From contig OZ176053.1 of the NCBI GenBank assembly GCA_964247055.1, positions 7,068,001-7,132,000 on the forward strand: a stretch of 64,000 nt of DNA. Direction: 5' to 3'. Origin of the DNA: Paragordius varius (Eukaryota > Animalia > Nematomorpha). The notes beneath the pieces are model-generated. The model had not been told where the DNA came from. It saw nothing but the letters and a program-made list of their open reading frames with translations, and ran no database searches. The position numbers and the translations under genes were made by a program. Below are positions 60,413 through 64,000 of the stretch, one piece after another (within the stretch, counting starts at the first letter, position 1; every line of letters begins with the position of its first letter).

Positions 60413-63400
60413 TGTAAAGTTGATTTATTCACATATAGCAATATGGTATATTAAAATAGAGTTGAGCGATAAAAAGAAAAACCAAAATAAAAAAGTGAGT
60501 GGCTATTATATCACAAGTTCTTTTTATGTGTGCATGACTTATTTGCGTAGACGTTACACAATGGTTATTCTCAACAACAGATAAGCTTTAACACGAAATA
60601 TATATATAATATTCAAATACAAAATAACTGATGCAACATGAATTGAGTGTGTTAACAAAATAGAATATTATAACCTTACATTACTCTCCCCCTAAGTTAA
60701 CCACGGGGGCTGTCGTGTTCGTACATTATACCTATAAGTTTAAACGATCGGGAGGCTGCCGTCTTCTTAGCGGATATCTACGCTCGGGTAGGTCAGAAAC
60801 CTCTTTTACCACGTCGGGTGTGGCCTCTACCGGCGTCAGCGATTCTGGGGCTACGTCTTGCTATGAGGTAGCAGGAGTTGGGGCATGGACTATTTGAGAT
60901 TCCGAGGTGGGATGGAAGGTTTGTTCGGAGTGGGCTCCCTCGAAATGACCCGGGACACTTTCGACGCTGGGATATTTATGCAGTATTAAGGGATTAGTTT
61001 CGTATGAATTCCCTCCTGACCTACGTCGTAACTGATCTGCATGTTTACGTTTACGAATCCCTTCCTCATCTTGCACTTCATACGAGAGTAACCCCCTTCT
61101 CTCCAGAATGTGACCTGGCCGCCAGCCTACGGCCATCTCATTTTTAATATAGACAGGATCGTCTTGTTGGAATTCGCGTCTCGGTTCATTTTCGTGCTCT
61201 ATAAATTCGACAGGGGTTGTTTTTACCCAAGAGATAGGATTGTGTACACGCCGTTTTAGGAATATGGCGGAAGGCGTTTCTTTTAGCGAAGAATGCATGC
61301 TAGTTCGATACGAATAAAGGACCGTGTTGATAGCTTCATATGCATGCATTTGTTGGGTCTTAGTAGCGGCGTATTTCGTTTTTAATGTCTTTATTACTCC
61401 ACTAGACCGTTTGTTTTGGGGTGATAGGGTGTTGCACAGATGTGCTTGATATTCATATGATTTAGGAGAGTCATAAATTCTCTTGAAGTAAAATACGTGG
61501 CGTTATCGGTCACAATTTGGCGGGGAAAACCAAATCGTGCGATGTGTTTTTCCAGGCAATTTAAAACGCTTTGACTCGTTATTGATTTAAAAAGATCTAT
61601 CTCTACCCACCGTGAGGCGCTATCGATAGTCACTAACCAATAATATCCGTCCACCGGTCCAGCAACATCTATATGTAACCTTTCCCATGTCAAAGTGTTA
61701 AAATTCCATCGATAGGGAAGATTTTCAGGTGCGTTAGGTCGATAGGTTTGGCAAGCCTCGCACCTTTCCACATAATTCGCTAGATCGGTGTCTAATTCGG
61801 GCCAAAATACCGAACACCGGGCTTGGGCTTTCATTGTTTTTAGCCCGCTTGGTCCCGTATGCAGAAGTTTCAATATCGTTTCCTGCATCGCTTGTGGTAT
61901 CACTAAGCGATCATTCAGGTATAACAGATTATAACAACACTCCAAGTCGTTTTTATGTTTTAAAAAAGGTTTCAGATCTTAGTCGATCCAACTGTTTGTC
62001 CTGAGAGCATTTTTAACTTTTGATAACCGTGGTCAGTGATCGTTGCCTCTTCGACCACTTTCTTATTTACATCCAGCGTTTTTAGAGCCAAAAATCGTAC
62101 CTGCTTGGTGGCCGCGGCATCTTCATCATCTGGTTGGCTATGCTCTATGGGAAGTCTCAACGCGTCGGCTAAGTTTTCTTCCCCTTTTTTGTAAAATATT
62201 TCATACTCGTACCTGATGGTCTTCGATATCCACCTGAGCAGTTTGCTATTATTAATGTTGTTGATGTCTCTCTTCCGCCCAAATAGTGACACCAGCGGTT
62301 TATGATCTGTATATATCTCGAACGGTCTTCATATAAAGTATTTAAATTTTTCTAGGGCAAACACTATGGCCTTGGCCTCTTTTTCGATCGTGGAATAACC
62401 CTTTTCTGCTATTGAACAAGTTCGTGACGCGTAAAAAATTGGGCGTTTCCCCTGTGGGGTCTTATGAAACAGTATTGCCCCAAACCCCTTGTTGGAAGGA
62501 TATGTTTCGATCAACAAGGGAAAACAGTCGTTAATTGGCATTAAAGCCGGGGGCCTGGTTAGCAAGCTTTTTGCTTTCGCGAATTCACTATCATCTGCCG
62601 GGGTCCACCGCCAAGGTGTATTCTTTCCACTTAACTTGTGTAAGATTGCTAGGTGTGGGTGACAGTTTGGTATAAACCGCTCATGAAAATTTATTAAGCC
62701 TAAGAACGAACGTAGCTCAGTTTGTTTGTAGGTGTCGGACAATTTTTAATGGCCTCTAATTTTTCATTGGACGGCTCAATACCTTGGTCAGAAATCACGT
62801 ACCCCATGTATTTGACTCGTGAGATACCAATTTGCAATTTGTTTCGGCGCAATCGTAATCCCGCCTCTTGTAACCTTCTAAATACTTCCCTTAATCTTTG
62901 ATCATGTTCCTCCCTGGTAGCTCCGGAAATTAAGACATCATCCAGGTACACACAAATACCAGGTATGTCCTTTAAAAGATTGTCCATGCATCTTTGAAAG
63001 ATCATAGGTGCTGAAGTTAATCCGAATGGAAGTCGTTGGTAAGCATAAAACCCTTTGTGAGTTGTGATGGTTACTAGCGTCTGTGACGCCCGGTCTATCG
63101 GAAATTGTAAGTAAGCATCTTTCAGGTCTAAAGTGGAAAAAATTATCCCATTTGCCACTTTGGTGGCCAACTCGTCAAAAGTAGGTATCAGATGAGAATC
63201 CTTTGCTAAATAACGGTTTATACTAATTCGGAAATCGGCAATATCCTAATTTCTCCATTTCCTTTAACTATATTTACTGTGGGAGAGGCCCATATTGGGG
63301 TTTGGGTCGGATCGATAGGTCGGAGTATTTTGAGTTTAAATCTATCAATTTCATTTTCTACTAAAGGTTTTAGAGTTAAAGGTACCCTACGACAAGGAAA

Positions 63401-64000
63401 AACTTTAGGTTTGGCCCCGGGGTCGATAAATAATTTTATTGGGGGCCACTTGAAAGTACCTAACTCGTCTGAAAACAATTTGTCAAAATAATCAAATAAC
63501 ATTTTATTATTAGGTGCTTGCGTATGTAAAACTGAAAAAACATTTTTTGGGAATTCTAACCGAAACGCCCGCATCCAATTCATCCCAAACACGGCTGGCG
63601 GGTTAGTTTGCGTCACCACGCAGGGCAGGCACTTCTCTTCTTCATTCAAAACCACTGAAATCATCGATTTTCCGAGTACTTCTATCGGACCATCATTGAA
63701 GGTTCGCAAATTTGGAGCTGGGAGCAAACGAGGTCGACCAATATTTACCCAAGTGCGCTTGCCAATTACGGATACCTCGGCGCCCGTATCGTAGATAAAC
63801 GTTGTTGGTATATTATTTATTAGTACCTGAATCCGGGGGGTGTTGTTCGGGCTAGTCATGGTGCGGATTGACGGCCGTCGGAACGTTGCCTTGCATACTG
63901 TGCTGAAATGATTCCATTTGTCGCAATTGAAACACCGTTTTCCTTTTGCCGGGCAGGTGGCGAAACCATGTCGATACCCACAATTACTACATAGCTTTCG
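60413..64000 (-). mobile_element. Duplicate of the Gypsy element (3' LTR through protease and gag Zn knuckle), cut by the window end
   Basis: Same fragments and same frame breaks as 14966-18553. GCTCT flank at 60408-60412. Confidence 0.96.

Larger units (their letters stand above)
45570..64000 (+). repeat. Copy B of the ~45.45-kb tandem duplication, running off the window end
   Basis: Near-identical to 1-18553; translated ORFs are identical except at the differences listed in findings. Confidence 0.97.

Noticed and set aside
1-64000. rRNA, tRNA or other structured RNA genes
   Set aside because: No recognisable conserved motifs were seen by eye; tRNAscan-SE/Infernal would be needed to exclude them formally.

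Overview
This is an AT-rich eukaryotic (probably metazoan) repeat region, not prokaryotic. I found no rRNA, tRNA, CRISPR array or recognisable housekeeping gene. (1) The window holds a ~45.45-kb direct tandem duplication: 1-18553 recurs almost base-for-base at 45570-64000. (2) Inside the unit is an apparently intact four-exon gene missed by the ORF track (exons 4505-5736, 5980-6071, 6374-6752, 7444-7531; ~596 aa). It has a hyper-basic N-terminus and two copies of a ~65-aa domain whose motifs resemble the INCENP IN-box (speculative). Many pseudogenised exon copies of the same family lie on both strands. (3) The middle is a nest of inverted duplications: a ~19-kb quasi-palindrome, two smaller fold-backs with microhomology or templated junctions, and an old diverged palindrome centred at ~45528. 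(4) Mobile elements: a full-length Ty3/Gypsy (Mag-like) LTR element with 268-bp LTRs, GCTCT target-site duplication (TSD) and tRNA-His-like primer-binding site (PBS) but broken gag-pol; an older Gypsy relic; a 5'-truncated RTE LINE; a Tc1/mariner-like family; a ~460-bp MITE family; hAT-like derivatives; and a Helitron-type 3' end. (5) A degenerate ~49-bp repeat array has given rise to a homogeneous 117-bp satellite with variable copy number. All alignments were made by eye, so identities are estimates and most repeat boundaries are approximate (tens of bp).
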